Positions 1 through 14,649 of a stretch of 64,000 nucleotides of DNA are shown here, in pieces. How positions within the stretch are numbered: position 1 is the stretch's first letter; each line of letters begins with the position of its first letter. The translations under genes were made by a program, and so were the position numbers. The notes under the pieces are model-generated. The model saw only the letters and a list, made by a program, of their open reading frames with translations, was not told where the DNA came from and did not search any database. The stretch comes from Octopus vulgaris. Its lineage: Eukaryota. The DNA is taken from NCBI GenBank assembly GCA_951406725.2, contig OX597823.1, positions 66,092,001 through 66,156,000 on the forward strand, in the 5' to 3' direction.

Positions 1-106
1 GATTTATATATATATATATATAAATAATTGTTGAAGAGGACACCAAACATTAAGGCAAGGCAAACATCTCAAGTCGCATACGATATTATTATTGGAAAAA
101 ATTTCA

Positions 107-161
107 GTCTTACAGCTGTTTCTGGGTTATCCGGGCTATGGGATATTCCGTCATCATATAC
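107..161 (-). ncRNA. Degenerate minimal type I hammerhead motif in a (TA)n-flanked insert (~22-310)
   Basis: Minus strand: gtat-ATGATGA-cggaatatcc catagccc ggataaccca-GAAAC-agct-GTA-agac. Same GAAACAGCTGTAAGAC end as the motif at 26172; C3 and one stem I base are mutated. Confidence 0.55.
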
Positions 162-324
162 AAACAGGGAAAAAGAAGGAAAACGAGTATGTTTGTTGTG
201 CTCTTTAACAATTATATATCCGCTGCATCGGAAGTATGCAATGGTTTCATAACTACCGTCTCGGCTTTAACCTGGGAGCCCTAGTAATTCGTTACCTAGC
301 GTACCTAATCGTTATATATATATA

Positions 325-418
<94 letters not shown>

Positions 419-420
419 TA

Positions 421-626
421 AGATGTGACCGCGTGTGTACCGTTGGCGATTTTTTTCCTCTGTCTTTCCTTCTCTGGATCTTTCCTTCTCCTATGTTTCC
501 GACGAAGAGCTCCGCTCGAAACGTTAAACCCTCCTTCTTCCCTTCCTTCCTGAGCGTCCAATAATACTATATTTGTTCCACATCCTCACGTTGTTGTGTT
601 TTCTCTTTGTGTTCTCATGTTTGGAA

Positions 627-630
<4 letters not shown>
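421..630 (+). mobile_element. ~210 bp non-coding Penelope-like pLTR/retrozyme-like unit inserted in (TA)n
   Basis: Long (TA)n on both sides; carries an HHR-like motif at 495-529; shares gaagagc..gctcgaaa and ttcctgagcg blocks with units at 12185-12370 and 46484-46670. Confidence 0.6.
495..529 (+). ncRNA. Minimal hammerhead-like motif (U4C variant, no stem III loop)
   Basis: gttt-CCGACGA-a gagc tcc gctc-GAAAC-GTT-aaac. Stem I gttt/aaac and stem II gagc/gctc pair; AACGTT palindrome replaces stem III. Confidence 0.55.
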
Positions 631-712
<82 letters not shown>

Positions 713-1550
713 TTCTGAATACATCACATTCCCGCCACCGCACGCGCACACATGTAGGTATCCCATTTTGACTGAAGAGTGTTCATCCAACCTGCGTTAA
801 AGTATAATTGTGTTGCTGATATTCATTTTATTCTCGTCGTAGCTCTTCTCTCGCTTTCATGTTGCGTTCATGACTGGCGTCATCACTCATGTACATTCGC
901 ATTATGCTGGTTGTAACTTAAGTAAAAATGTATTGTGTATTCTTGTATAAGGAATTACGCCTAACATTTTAGGTTAAATCTTACATAATCACCCTTACGT
1001 TTGCATGGTTTTATCGCCAGGTCTCCTTATATTGGCAATAATTCTTTCAGCTCATTAGATTGCGTGTTGTAATAATTTGTGAAACGCATTTTAACTGCGT
1101 CTATCGATTTCAGTAGAGGCGTAAACTCGTTACCTCTGTCTTGTATGTCTGTGTAAATATGCTGATATGGGAATGTCCATGTTGCTGGTGTTTGTGTGGA
1201 AGAATGTTAAACGTGTAGTTGTGTGAGAATCTCCATGCGTATGTCTTAAAAAATAGCAATGTTTCGCAGAGTTCAAATATTTCAGAAATTGTATGATGAA
1301 TGATACACATACCATGAATAGAATGCTTTTGGTGCAACGGTTCTTGCAGCTATCTCTAAGCAACGTTCATTTCGGACTGGAATCAATACGAAGAAAGTAG
1401 CAAGTTATTCATGAGAACGGAGAAATATGATTACCGAGCAAAGTGAAGGCTCTAACAGAATGATGTTAATTGTAGACAAAAGTATGTGAAAATGATATGA
1501 ATTAAAAGTAGATTAATCAAAAGACTGTAAATGATCAGGTACTTTTTTTC

Positions 1551-1788
1551 GGGGACATAAATACACCAGCATTGGTTGTCAATCGATGGAGGGGGGGGGG
1601 CAAACACAGACAGAAAGACACACATCGATCTATATACATATATCTATATACACGACGGACTCCTTCCAGTGTCTGTCTCCCAAATCCAACCACAAGGCTT
1701 TGGGACGTCCGAAGCTATAGTAGAAGATACTCGGCCAAGGAGTCACGCAGTAGGGCTGAACCTGGATCCATGCGGTTCGAAGGGAAGC
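1551..1788 (-). mobile_element. SINE family A, partial diverged copy
   Basis: Aligns by eye to 44405-44625 (acaccagcat..ggacaaacacagac..caaatccac..gctatagtagaagacac..ctgaacc). Confidence 0.8.
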
Positions 1789-2108
1789 ATATATGTGTGT
1801 GTGTCTGTGTATATATGCGTATATATATATATATATATATAAGGACACATTAAAGTGTCTGCGCGCTAGATATAAGAGTCAAAACCCTCATTTGGAATAG
1901 CAAAACGTTTACACCGAAAACAGGCTCAACAGTAATGTGTCTTAATGATTAATATAATTTTCATTCTTTTGCTATACAATGCTATTTTTTAGGCCTACAA
2001 TTACCTGTATTAATGTTGCTATTGTTATCAATAATTTATATGGCCTTCGGTAATATTAATAACTTACAAATATCCACTTCTGAATATTTTGCAGCTGATT
2101 GTGTGTGT

Positions 2109-2155
<47 letters not shown>

Positions 2156-2185
2156 TGTGTGTGCATGCGTGTGTCTGTATGCATT

Positions 2186-2218
<33 letters not shown>

Positions 2219-2964
2219 ATTTATATATATGCGTTTGTGTATTTAATTATATATGCATGTATCTGCTAATCTTATGACCACATAACTCCATACACTCCCA
2301 TAATTTGAATAACCGTTACGACTAGAGATATTTCTCTCTAGAGATGCTGTTACATATTTACACAAATTTACAATTTCCCATTCCAATGGACACGGATTGA
2401 TTAATATTGGATTTTTATGTTTTTGTACATATGTAAATGAGTATGAACGTATATGTATTTACATATTTTCATATATATCTTTTAAATGAATATCTTTTAT
2501 TTACTTATTTTACATTTATCTTATTTATTTTAAATTATCTTCATTTTTTTACCATTTTTTACTTTGTTTACTTTTGTATTCTGTCTTATTCTTTACTTTA
2601 CTACTCATTATATTCTAATTAAACCGTTAACCCTTCTCCCACACATAACAATAAAAATGATAACTCATATTTAGCCTGCTTGCATGAACAGACAAGTTGA
2701 CAGGCATGTAATTTCTTAATGTATATATTTTTCTCTGATAAAATTAAACTCATAACATATAAATGCAAATTTAAAGCATAAATTCGTAATTTTCCTATTG
2801 GGCATTAATGCAAACGGCTGTAAAAAATAAACATTACCAAATTTTTAATAATAAATAATTATTAACTTTTAAGTCTCCATTTTCTTTCCTTCAATTAACT
2901 AAATATGATATTATATATATATATATATACTGAGAGAGAAAGAGAGAGAGGGGGAGAGAGGACA

Positions 2965-3650
2965 CAATGGGGATAAACAAATAAAGCACATCAAATATAT
3001 TAAATATATTAAATACATCAAATCCAAAATATGTATATATGTGTACAGGGAAAACAAGTGAAAGCATGAGATGGAAACTTTTCGATGAATTTTTATGCAA
3101 ACATATATAGATATTTGATGTATTTGATATGTTTAATATGTAGTTGTATATTAAATATATCTAATACATCAAATAGAAAATATGTACATATGTATACATG
3201 CAAAATGACAGAATGCACAAAGGGGAAACTTTCACACAATAAATAAAAACATATGGATATTTATCTTAATATGTATATATATATATGGATGTTTACTTAC
3301 ACAGAGCACAAATGGCAGAGAATTAAAGTAGTGGAGGAAAGGTGTTATAAGTCCAAAAACAGTGTCTGATGGCTCAGCGATCCATAATTATATTGGTAGA
3401 GCTCACTGAGAACCCAGAATCAGCTGTTGGATTTATAAACATTTCGTTCTCATTTTTAATTCTCCGTCATCTGTACTCTGTGTATGTTGGACCTATTAAT
3501 ATAGATACCCATATATTTTTATCGTCTGAAAGTTTTAGCTTTTTGCATTCATTCGTTTTGCATGTATACATAATTACATATTTTGAATTTTATGTAATTG
3601 ATATATTTAATATATTTGATGAGTTTAATTTGTTTATCTACATAATTGCT
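2965..3650. repeat. Diverged direct plus inverted repeat complex
   Basis: aaatatat..aatacatcaaat..aaaatatgta..gaaactttt at ~2995-3085 recurs at ~3150-3235; ~3455-3640 is an imperfect reverse complement of these blocks. Confidence 0.55.
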
Positions 3651-4011
3651 TGGTCCTTCTTACGGCCTTACTTTATCTTGCGGAATGATCCCCTGTAAAG
3701 ACATCGAAGTCTATTTTGGATCTTGCTGCACTACTGTCTTCTATACAAAGTATCTCTGGATCTCATCTGTGAAATATATATGTAGACACACACACACACA
3801 TATATACACACATATATAAACACATCTGATATGAACGTACAACATCTACACCTATATCCAGTTGGCTTGTATCATAGAAATAATTTCCATAAAATACTAC
3901 ACGAATAAATGAAAAGTATTTGAACTTTATACAGCTGTCATTGGCTTTTCACGAGTAATATGTGAGTACATCCATGCTTGTGTATATATATATACATACG
4001 TATATATATGC

Positions 4012-4075
<64 letters not shown>

Positions 4076-4090
4076 GTGTGTGTGTGTGCT

Positions 4091-4125
<35 letters not shown>

Positions 4126-6219
4126 ATGAAAATCACATATGGGTGAGTGAGCGTGTATGTGTGTGTGTGTGTGTCTGTGTGCGTGTGCGTGTCCATGGAA
4201 GATGTATGTATGCCTTTGTGTATATATTGATGAATAAATGAATGGATGCATGTCTCTACGTATGAATGCATGCATGCGTTTATGAGTGCTTTTCCGTATG
4301 TATATAAAATTATGTCAGTGACAAAAACGTTCATGACAGTTCTGCTGCTTCAGTCTCTATAACAGTATATTTGCAGCTCTTTAGTAGGAGTTGGTTGCCA
4401 TATGATGATGACTAATACTGTTTCTGATCACATGATGTGATCAGTTCCTACCGACCGCTGCCAGCTATCTCAATATGAAATCTGAAACAGACTGTTGTGT
4501 GCTACTTTTTAAGATGGATATAAGCCGTGTACCGATATCGAATATCTCCTATATTTGCTAAACAATTTTGACAAAGAGGGGGAAAGTTCAGTCAAGTACT
4601 GTTACAAAACGACAGTACGACTCCGATCAGGATCACCGTCGGTAAGGAAGAAAATTGCCTTTCCCAAAGATTTAAAAGATATACCCAAATCAGATAAAAC
4701 AGCATAGAGACGCGATCACACACAAATGCACACACACATCTCCACACACATACATGTTATACTTAACATATGTACAGGAATATGTACCTATACATATATG
4801 TATTCATGTATATATGTATATCAATCTTGCTCTCTGTTTTTCACTCTCTATCTATCTGTCTGTATGTATGTATCTTTTTCTTTCTGTATGTATGTATATG
4901 TACGTGTCCGTGTGTGTGTGTGTGTATGTGTGTGTTAGTACATATGTGTTATTTTTTGTGGTGAGCCAAACATTTTATATTTTGTTAACTTAATTCTATT
5001 ATTCAAGATAGTACAAAAACGTCCGTGATTTCAAAGTAGTAGTCATTGTGTTGCACCGTCTGAAGCCTCGTTTATGTCAGTTCGTTCATCGAAGTTGATA
5101 TCAGTTCTTGTCCTTCGAAGCCTCCACCTCCTCTTGGCTGAGGCAACGTTACGAGGGCAGGAAGTGAGCCATGAATCGAAAGAAGTAATAATCTGGAGAT
5201 ATTGTTCCGCAATCCTAACGTGCACGTGCAGCGGTTAAGCAACGGCCAGTTTCCCGAACCTCTCACCAAATATGGATGTTTCGGAAACAATGTGCCAGGC
5301 GAAGCTATCAAGGAGAAATTCACTACGGGTTCGTTCAGGACTGTAGAACATCATTGTCAACCAGTACTCCAAACAGCTGGAGTATGCCCTGTATTACAAA
5401 AATATCTGAACCTGGTTAACAGAAAACGAGCTCTTTTGTGTGTTAAACATCCAGTTTACTAGTATGTCAGTTGAATACCATATAAATATTGATATAATGC
5501 AATTATGAAGATAAATTAGAGAAATACTATTGGCAATCTAATAATCTATTTATATTATATTACATGATATATTATGAATATAATATAATATATAACATAA
5601 ACAATTATTTTAAAAAACATAAAAGGCAAACAAATTGTTTCGACTATGTAATAGTTTATATATATTTTGATACAGTTATACATCCGGGAAGACTTAGATA
5701 CTAAATTATATACATATATATACATACACATCTTATTGTTGCATATTTGGTGACCAGGGGCTATCTTGGACATGAAAGGGTTTCGATTGGCATATGTTTG
5801 AGATGTAATGATGTGTCTTTCGATGGATATGGATTGCACTTACTTGCTTGTATCGTCCGTTAGAATGTTTTTCTTTTTTTCTTTTTTTTAAAATTTAAAT
5901 TGATGCATGATTGAATAGTTAACGCTCACGCTCATAATACAAAGACATTTGAATTAAGTTTTACAATCCAGCCGTCCTTTCACATGGAATTTCGTATATC
6001 TTTAAACCATCACGCTGAAGTCGCTTTATATATAAAGGAACTGTTATTATATATGTACATCAGAAAATATATATCAGCTGAAACAATTTGTTGGTCTTTT
6101 ATGGCTTTTTAATATAATTGTTTATGTTGCATAATATTATGTTAAATGGTATTAATATTATATTATGTAAGATAATATAAATAAATTATTGGATTGCCAA
6201 TAGGATCTCTCTATTTATC

Positions 6220-6279
<60 letters not shown>

Positions 6280-6283
6280 TATT

Positions 6284-6324
<41 letters not shown>

Positions 6325-6769
6325 GTAGGTAGGTAGGTAGGTAGGTAGGTAGGTAGGTAGGTAGAAAGATGCTTGTATGTATGTATATGTCTGTTTATGC
6401 ATATGTACATCCATAAACACGCTAATAGCTTAGGAGTGAAATTTAGGATTTCTCGTTTTTCTGTGAATCGATTTTGATAAAACTTTTTCTAGATGGTTTG
6501 CCAATTATGACAACACCATTTTAATGTTTTCTGGTTGACGTCCTCTCTTTTTTTTCTTTATTCAGATTCTTCAGTTTACGGGTGAACCACGCTAATATCG
6601 TTTGAATGAAAATAACTCGCCTCGACATACTTGTTCAGAAAATGAAGGCTAATGATACATATTAAGCATACATTGGGTATACATTTAACAGACAACCCTA
6701 ATAATATTACAACATTTCTTGACATAATGGATTATTTAGCCATATGAGCACCATTTTAACGGAAAACAT

Positions 6770-6945
6770 CAAAACCTTATTGGTCATGGGATCTGTCAAT
6801 TCCTTAATAGTAGTAGGCTGGACTGCCTCAGATGCAGCTTTGATGGTTGCACATAAGAATCTTTCGACGTAATCTGGCGTCCATCGGCATAAACATCTTG
6901 TTTAATGATGGACCAAAGATTTTCGATAGCGCTGAATTCCGAAGA
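6770..6945 (-). mobile_element. Tc1-like transposase C-terminal fragment
   Basis: Minus-strand peptide AIENLWSIIKQDVYADGRQ matches the Tc1 (P)IENLW motif. Confidence 0.65.
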
Positions 6946-7603
6946 TGCCAGCGGCAAGACAAGCATACAGACACATGTATACATATATACATGCATATAG
7001 ACATGCATATAGATGTGCATATAAATAGAAATAAATTCAATCCCCTCTTTATACATATGCGCGAGTGCGCCGGTGTCCGTGTGTATGGAATTATATTTAT
7101 ATATACGCGAGTATTATACTGAAAGTGCGTAGTTGTATCTGACAATCATTTATCATTTGAATGTGAGCATTTATTCCGCTACAGTAACTTCATTACGTCC
7201 CATTTGTAATATCACTACCCGCTTTTACGTCTACCACAGAAGTACGATTTTAATTGTAATGCCTCTAGTGAACATCAGAGAATAAAATAAATATGTCTCC
7301 GAATATAAATTATATAACATATCTTACAATCTATTTCTTTTCAGCATTTAATATATTTGCTAATCTCGTTACACATTAAACCGCTAAAGCGCAGCGATGG
7401 AGAAGAATTCAATGAATGCGTGTTTCGTTTACTTGATTGTCATGCAATTAAATCCGTACATTAGACTTTTTCCGTGACAGGATGAACATGTCAGCTATAT
7501 TTGCTATATGTACAATTAATGAATATGGAATTGGCAAATAATATCATCACAATTTAATTGATTATGAGTCTGACTTTCTAGATTTAATACTTTGTGAATA
7601 GAT

Positions 7604-7757
7604 GTGGCTGTGTGGTAAGTAGCTTGCTAACCAACCACATGGTTCCGGGTTCAGTCCCACTGCGTGGCATCTTGGGCAAGTGTCTTCTGCTATAGCCCCG
7701 GGCCGACCAATGCCTTGTGAGTGGATTTGGTCGATGGAAATTGGATTTGGTCGATAA

Positions 7758-7809
<52 letters not shown>

Positions 7810-8026
7810 TTGTGTGTCTGTGTTTGTCCCCCTAGCATTGCTTGACAACCGATGCTGGAGTGTTTACGTCCACGTCACTTAGCGGTTCGGCAAAAAAGAC
7901 CGATAGAATAATTACTGGGCTTACAAAGAATAAGTCCCGGGGTCGATTTGCTCGACTAAAGGCGGTGCTCCAGCATGGCCGCAGTCAAATGACTGAAACA
8001 AGTAAAAGAGAGTAAAGAGTAAAGAG
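7604..8026 (+). mobile_element. SINE family A, near full length (tRNA-derived head, CORE-like block, internal TA/TG tract, (AGTAAAG)n-like tail)
   Basis: A-box-like gtggctgtgtggt and B-box-like gggttcagtccc, then atcttgggcaagtgtctt; closely similar inverted copies at 44252-44648 and 53691-54093. Confidence 0.9.
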
Positions 8027-8680
8027 AGATGTAGCTGTTTGGTTAGGAATTTTGCATGACAACTATGTTCATTTCTACTGAACGAAAGCTTAGGCATGTA
8101 TTTTCAACAGTAGACTTGGAGAGCCCAAAGCCTTTCAAATGAAATTTAAGGGAAGAAAATAGTTAATTATGCAGGGAAAATGTTCCAGTTCTTGGGGATG
8201 GATATAATCCTGTGCGTGTTTTAACACCTACTATAATCTTGTGCATATTTTAACAGCCAACGTCTAGAGAAATCGCTCTTGGCTGACGAGAACATACTTC
8301 CATCCTCTCACCCGTCACCAAATCACTGATAAATAACCTGCGTGTTTGTATTGTATTGCGTGTCATTTTGCAGAAGCGGATCGTATGCACTGTACCTTAC
8401 TCATGTTCACAAATCGTAACCAATTATCCGGTTTAGAAAAACCGCTCATGTTCTCCCTATTCATTAAACAGTTTAATGTGACCTTACAAAATGTAATGTA
8501 TGAACTCGTTATTCCTTTGATTATGCCATGAAACTGAGGAATTCTGAATTCGTTGGCTTTTTCGGATATTCATTGATGATCAAATTTTATATATTTTTAG
8601 CGTATTGTCCTCGGTAAATTCGTTAAAACTTTTCTGAATTTAAACTTCATCTTGAATGTATATATATATATATATATATG

Positions 8681-8725
<45 letters not shown>

Positions 8726-9865
8726 GCATGTATGTATGTATGTATATATGTATATTTGATGTATGAAATTTTTATTTCTAAAATTTTATTTATGTAAACT
8801 AATTTCGTATCAGATTTATTTTATTGTCGGGTTTTAAATGCTTAGTATAGCTTTTTTGTAAAAATATTATATACAATTTATATGAAATATAAATTCAATT
8901 TATATTTACTGCTGCATACACTGAAAACACATATGAAATGATATTCATTCATCATCAATATTAAGATTTAATCATTATTTTGCATATTCCATGAATTTAT
9001 ACATGAGACACCATAGGCAATTTCATTTTATTCCATAGAAGTAAATTGCTGGATAGACATACAGGTTTTTACTTTGACAGTAACTCATATAGTAAAGGAA
9101 AAATATATTATTTTGCAAGAATTATAAGGTGAAACACATTATTGCATGTATATTTTCAAGTCTACATAACTCATTTTATCATTGAAATCTTACGTGACAT
9201 ATTCAGAACAATATGAGGATTGTTTCTCGTCGAACATTTTTTTTAAATTAATATTTTCCTTGTAGTCTCAATGGACATTTATGGCATAATATGAATGCAT
9301 TACAGTGGAAAGGTTTCCACAATTAGAAATATATTTTCTGCAAATGGTTTCCATTTAAACATGATCATTTGCTGAGAAGAACTTATTTAGAGGAGTACAC
9401 TCTTTCAATATTTGTATGTGTTGGAGAAGGCATTATTGAACTCCCATTCTTCTCTTAAACATACATAACTACAAAGTTTAAAGAAAGTACAGGACGTACT
9501 CCGTTTTGTATACAAAATTCCTACATATACATAGCTGATCAGTACCCATTTATACATTTCAGCATGCATGGAGAAAGGGAAGCTTCCAGCAGTCTTCAGC
9601 GTTCGTGCGTAACTTCCTAGTATCTACAATAAATACCAGTATAGATCAGATAACATTTAGATTGGTTACGTATATTTTCTCAATATTTATCTTCAACTAA
9701 ATAAAAAATATTTTTTAATCCTAAATCTCAATTTAGAGATATGGGACTTCATAATTCCTGACATTATAATTTTTGCACACATTATGATGGATTGCCACAA
9801 ATATCAAATTAGAAACTATGCTACACAAAAGGCAGGAAGCTGCTTACTACACAGCTACTCCTGCA

Positions 9866-9937
<72 letters not shown>

Positions 9938-10209
9938 TGTATGTATGTATGCATATATATATGTATGTATGTATGATATATTTGCATACATACAATGTTA
10001 TATACACATGTCATAAGTCTACATACATAAATACACACATACATAACCCAGTTCATACATACATGAGTGTTTGGCGAATTTAACAAAAGTAAATAACCCC
10101 AGATGTGATATTTTAGTAACTGAGTCGGCTCCACCTCTATGAATTAATCAGTATCGCTGTTTTCCTGTATACCGGGAATCAAGGCTCTTTACAACATCTT
10201 GAACATATA

Positions 10210-11239
10210 CAGGGAGATATCCAAAATGTCCCGTACTATTTCTGCAGTGCGCCAACTGATAGCAGCACACGGTTGCGTGCACAATGAGAGCTAGCTGTGA
10301 TTATCATGAGGCAGGGTGCCGAGTGTAATTGCTGTGTTTACTCTGAAAGTTTTTAAATTTGCGTTTTTGTGATCACGTGTATGTTGCAGTCTGCGACTTG
10401 TTCATGGACAGAAACAAAAGCCAATGTGAAATTTTGCTTTAAACTTTGGAAGTGTGCTATAGCAACATTGAGCGTGCTTTGGCAAACTTACAGCGATGAG
10501 GCAATGGGTCTTACGCAATATTTAGAGGGGCATGTGTGCTTCAAATGCAGAAGAACATCCCTGGAGAAGATGGGCGATCTAAAGACCTGCCATGAGCGTT
10601 ACTCCTGGAAATATTGGGAAAATTCATCAGCTTTTGCATGAGTATCGTCGGGAGACAATCAACGTCATTGATGTTGTTGGTTTGTCGCATGGGCCCATGC
10701 AGGAGCGTGCCACTGATGACTCATTCTTCATGTAGAGGATCATCACCGGTGACCGGCTTCAGGTCTATGGGTACGACCCTGAGACGAATCAGCAGTCGTC
10801 ACAATGGATGAGGTTTTCATCTCCACGACCGAAGAAGTCATGGCAGAGCCACAGCTCAATCAGGACTATGCAAACGTTTTTTTTTCGACATCGGCGGTAT
10901 TGTGCATCGCAAATACGTACCCCAGACAGTGAATCAAGAGTTCTATTGTGACGTTTGGAAGCATTTCGCGAGGACATACGGCGAAACGGATAGGATCTGT
11001 AGAGCGCGAAGGATTGGATTCTTCACGATGACAATACACCCATCACCGCGTTCTCCTCACTCGTGAGTTTCTCGCCTAAAACAACAACATGGTATCCGAC
11101 TTCCACACCGGATTCCAAAATGGAAGGAACACTGGGACCGATATATTGCAGTGCAAGGTAACTATTTCGAAGGAGATGTATTTAAAGCGTAGGTATATAT
11201 CAAACATAACTGGTCTGAGAACCTTTTGATATCAACTCG
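10210..11239 (+). mobile_element. Decayed mariner element with imperfect TIRs and TA flanks
   Basis: Peptides KANVKFCFKL, IITGD, YDPET..QSSQW and WILHDDN across frames; left end cagggagatatccaaaatgtc resembles the reverse-complemented right end cgagttgatatcaaaaggttc. Confidence 0.85.
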
Positions 11240-12184
11240 TACCACTGGTAGCAGTTTCATTGGAATAGCTGTAACATGATTGCTTATGTTAGATGAAATA
11301 TTCAGAATAGATATTCGCTTCATTCGGAAGAGTTTGAGCAAAGTCATAGGAGAAGAATATATTCTTCACGTTGTTACTTTAACCACCGTTAAGATTGCTG
11401 TCAAGATTTTGTTAGCATCAGTTGCAGAAGCTGGATGATATTTCATGTATGAAAGACAATAGAAACTCAAAATATTGCTCGTTAATGAGAAAATCCAAGC
11501 TACATATAAAAATAATCTGCACGTTGATCATTATTATATGCTTTTTAAGTTTTAAAAATGGATTATTTTTCTAGTAGAAGAACATATCAAAGCGTAAACA
11601 AACACATATTAGTACTAGTAGATCACGACTGAAGTGCAGCTCCCCAGTTAAGGTGGCAAAGAATAAATGAGAGACCAATCTAAGCAAGTAGTAACTGGTT
11701 GTTTGTAATTTTTCGGTTAGACTCCTAAAAATATTGGAAATATATGTAAGGGTTCAGCTTTAAATGGCTGCCAGGTACTGATCTCCCGATCTGTAACGGA
11801 TGTAAAAGGCTTTAATGAACAATAAACAAATAAACCATAAACGCAAGTAGGGAAAATGGTGCGTTATATATTATTATCTTCGTTTTCGCTTAAAAAACAA
11901 TACAATGTAATTAATAAATCGTCTTTTGCTGTCTACATGTGTGATACATTGAAATCAAGATAGCAACTAGAATGGATAAGTAAGGCATATATAGGTGAAT
12001 GGAAATATTAATTACTTTATTGTTCGTACATTGAAAAAGGAATTTTAATTAAGCTCAAGAACAACTCTCTTCTTTGGAACAGAAATGAAGTACATATATA
12101 CAGACATACGCACACGCGCACACACACAGACACACACACACACAAACACACACATACACACACACACATATATATATATATAAA

Positions 12185-12370
12185 CTATATAGCTCACATT
12201 TACAGAAAACAAAAGACGAAAACAGGTGAAAGAATAACAAGCAGGTGTAATAGTTTAACGCTCGGGAAGAATGGAAAAGTTCTTTACGTCTCAAGCCTAC
12301 GCTCTTCAACAGAAAGGATTAAGGGGGGAAAACTGAGTGAAAATGAAAACAGTGGAGAAAATGTGTGAAG
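12185..12370 (-). mobile_element. Short pLTR-like unit related to 421-630 and 46484-46670; degenerate HHR-like motif at 12282-12316
   Basis: Minus: cttt-CTGTTGA-agagc gtag gctt-GAGAC-GTA-aag, followed by ttcccgagcg; next to CA/TA repeats. Confidence 0.55.
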
Positions 12371-14649
12371 CTTAACTATATAAACTGTACATACATGTGT
12401 GTATGTATGTGCACGCGCGCGTGTGTGTAGCGGTAAAAATCATTTCAGTTGTATGTTATTTAATTTGGGATAAATCCTATCCACCAGACTTCGGCTGAAA
12501 GATATTTTAGCAGTGTGTATCACTTCGTAAACTCATATAGGTTTCTTTTTTTATTCTTTCGAAGGGTCTATGATATAATTATTTTGAAAAGTCTATAATT
12601 ACTGTTGAATGATGTGGATTTTTGGGAAGTAACTGTGTAATAAATCTTCCTTTTTTTTCGAAAACTCTTTAATCTAAGTAAGAATAGGTAAACACCAAAT
12701 CAGAGATACAAAAGACAATTTTCTGAAACCTAATTATAATTATTGTGTATCTAGTATTGTTATATAGTAATATAAACATATCTGATTATATATTTAACAA
12801 GATAACTCCGGCGGATAATAGGGCATTCCGATGATATATGCATTATTCGCTACAGGAGTGAATATATAAATATATAAATATATAAATAAGATTAAATTTG
12901 ACTTAAGATATGGCATTAATGTTTGGATAGATATATGTACTGAAATGTTTTCTCTCTGTGTTGAAATGAAATTACTGCTCAATGCATAAAAATGAAGATA
13001 TTGAATTAGAATGTCCGGTTAACTAAATTAAAACTTGGTGGAATCTAACACCTGCAGGAGGTTAACGAGATTAAGTGGGATAGAGAACTGTTTCAGGTGA
13101 GCTTAATATTGTCCTTAGGTAGCTTATCCATATATATAAATATATATATACTCTTGCCTGTAGCTAAATATATACATATATATATAATAATTATTATTTG
13201 AGGGAATAATATCCAAATTTACAAGGAAAAAAGTTCAATTTAGAAATACTAAATCAAATTTCTCACGATATAATATATCTATAAAAAATTTTAAAAAACT
13301 CACCTTTTATCAATTCAAAATGAACAATTAAATTACACCATCTAGAAAAGTACATATAATAGAAAAGTTAAAATTAAAATAACAATAAAATGTAAAGATT
13401 AAGTAAATTGCAAAAATAATAATAAAAACGTATATAATATATATATTTAGCTACGGGCATGCATACATATATACACGCATACATATATACACGCATACAT
13501 ACATACGTGCATACACAAATATAAATGAGTGTGTGTGTGTGTATTGTTAGCTATAGTAAGATACATATATACGTATGCGCATGTGCAAATACATATTCCA
13601 GCATATATATGAGAACAGGCATAAATGTATTTACAAACATGCCCGCACTCAATTATGTATGTAGCATAGATGCTGCAAATTATTAAATGTTAAGTATATT
13701 TGCATGTCGTACATGCACACAGAAAAATTTATAAAATATAGTGCACGCGTGTACACTCACACAAAATTATATAACTCTGTATGTGTTGTTTTGCACTTAC
13801 ATGTTGGAATTACAGGGGTGCCCATTGGACATGTGGCTATGTAAAGTTTACACCATGTAGAGCTCATATCTATTCCTGCATATCCACAGGCAATTCTTTC
13901 GACAGAAATGAACAGACACAAAGATTGAGGGAAATTATAATTCTTCTTTTTTTTCTTTTTGCCTCGGTCATACATATTTTCCGAAATATTCAACGACCAT
14001 GTCGTACTTATTGCATCTCTGTTAAGAAAATGTAAGTGTTTTAAAGTTTCTGTCATTTCCAATTTACCCAGAAAACTCTCTGCCCCGGTCGACGCGGCAA
14101 GATTCTAGTCTACTGCATGCTGATGTACCGGCTACCAAGATAGAAGGGAACAAGTTAGACACGTCGAAATGGGGAAAGAACATTAAAATAAGGCAATCTG
14201 CGCCAAACTGAACAGCCTCACACGTACAAAACTCCGTTACATGGAATCTGATTTGAGACACACAAAGGTTCAGCTTCAAGGCCTGCCATATTCGGTCTGC
14301 ATTTGTAGAGAACCTTTCGGCAATAATAATATTAATTCCTTCTGTCAATCATAATTACTGTCTGGTACTTAGTTTTATTAACTCAAGTGGGATGAAAGCA
14401 AATCTGATTTCGGTGACATTTGAATTTAGAACGTGAAGTGCCATAAACAGAATACTTCATGACATTTGTTCGACACTTAGAAGACTACAAATCAACCGTT
14501 CTTTATCAGAAAGACTGAGCTAGAGATTTCGGAAAATGGATTTAAATTGCCCCCAATACTTGAGAAGAATTTTATTTTAGCTAATAAAGGCAGAGTTCAT
14601 CTTGACAAAAGTCTCGCATGGAGCTTTATTCCCGTTGCTCTTCATACTC

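Noticed and set aside
4402-4428. C-box/D-box-like atgatga...ctga
   Set aside because: The spacing is far too short for a snoRNA.
4514-4641. AG..GTAAGG-bounded 128 bp open stretch
   Set aside because: Weak acceptor and unrecognised peptide; expected by chance.
13156-13458. Short inverted match gcctgtagctaaatatata / tatatttagctacgggc
   Set aside because: Only ~18 bp and partly low complexity; not enough to define an element.
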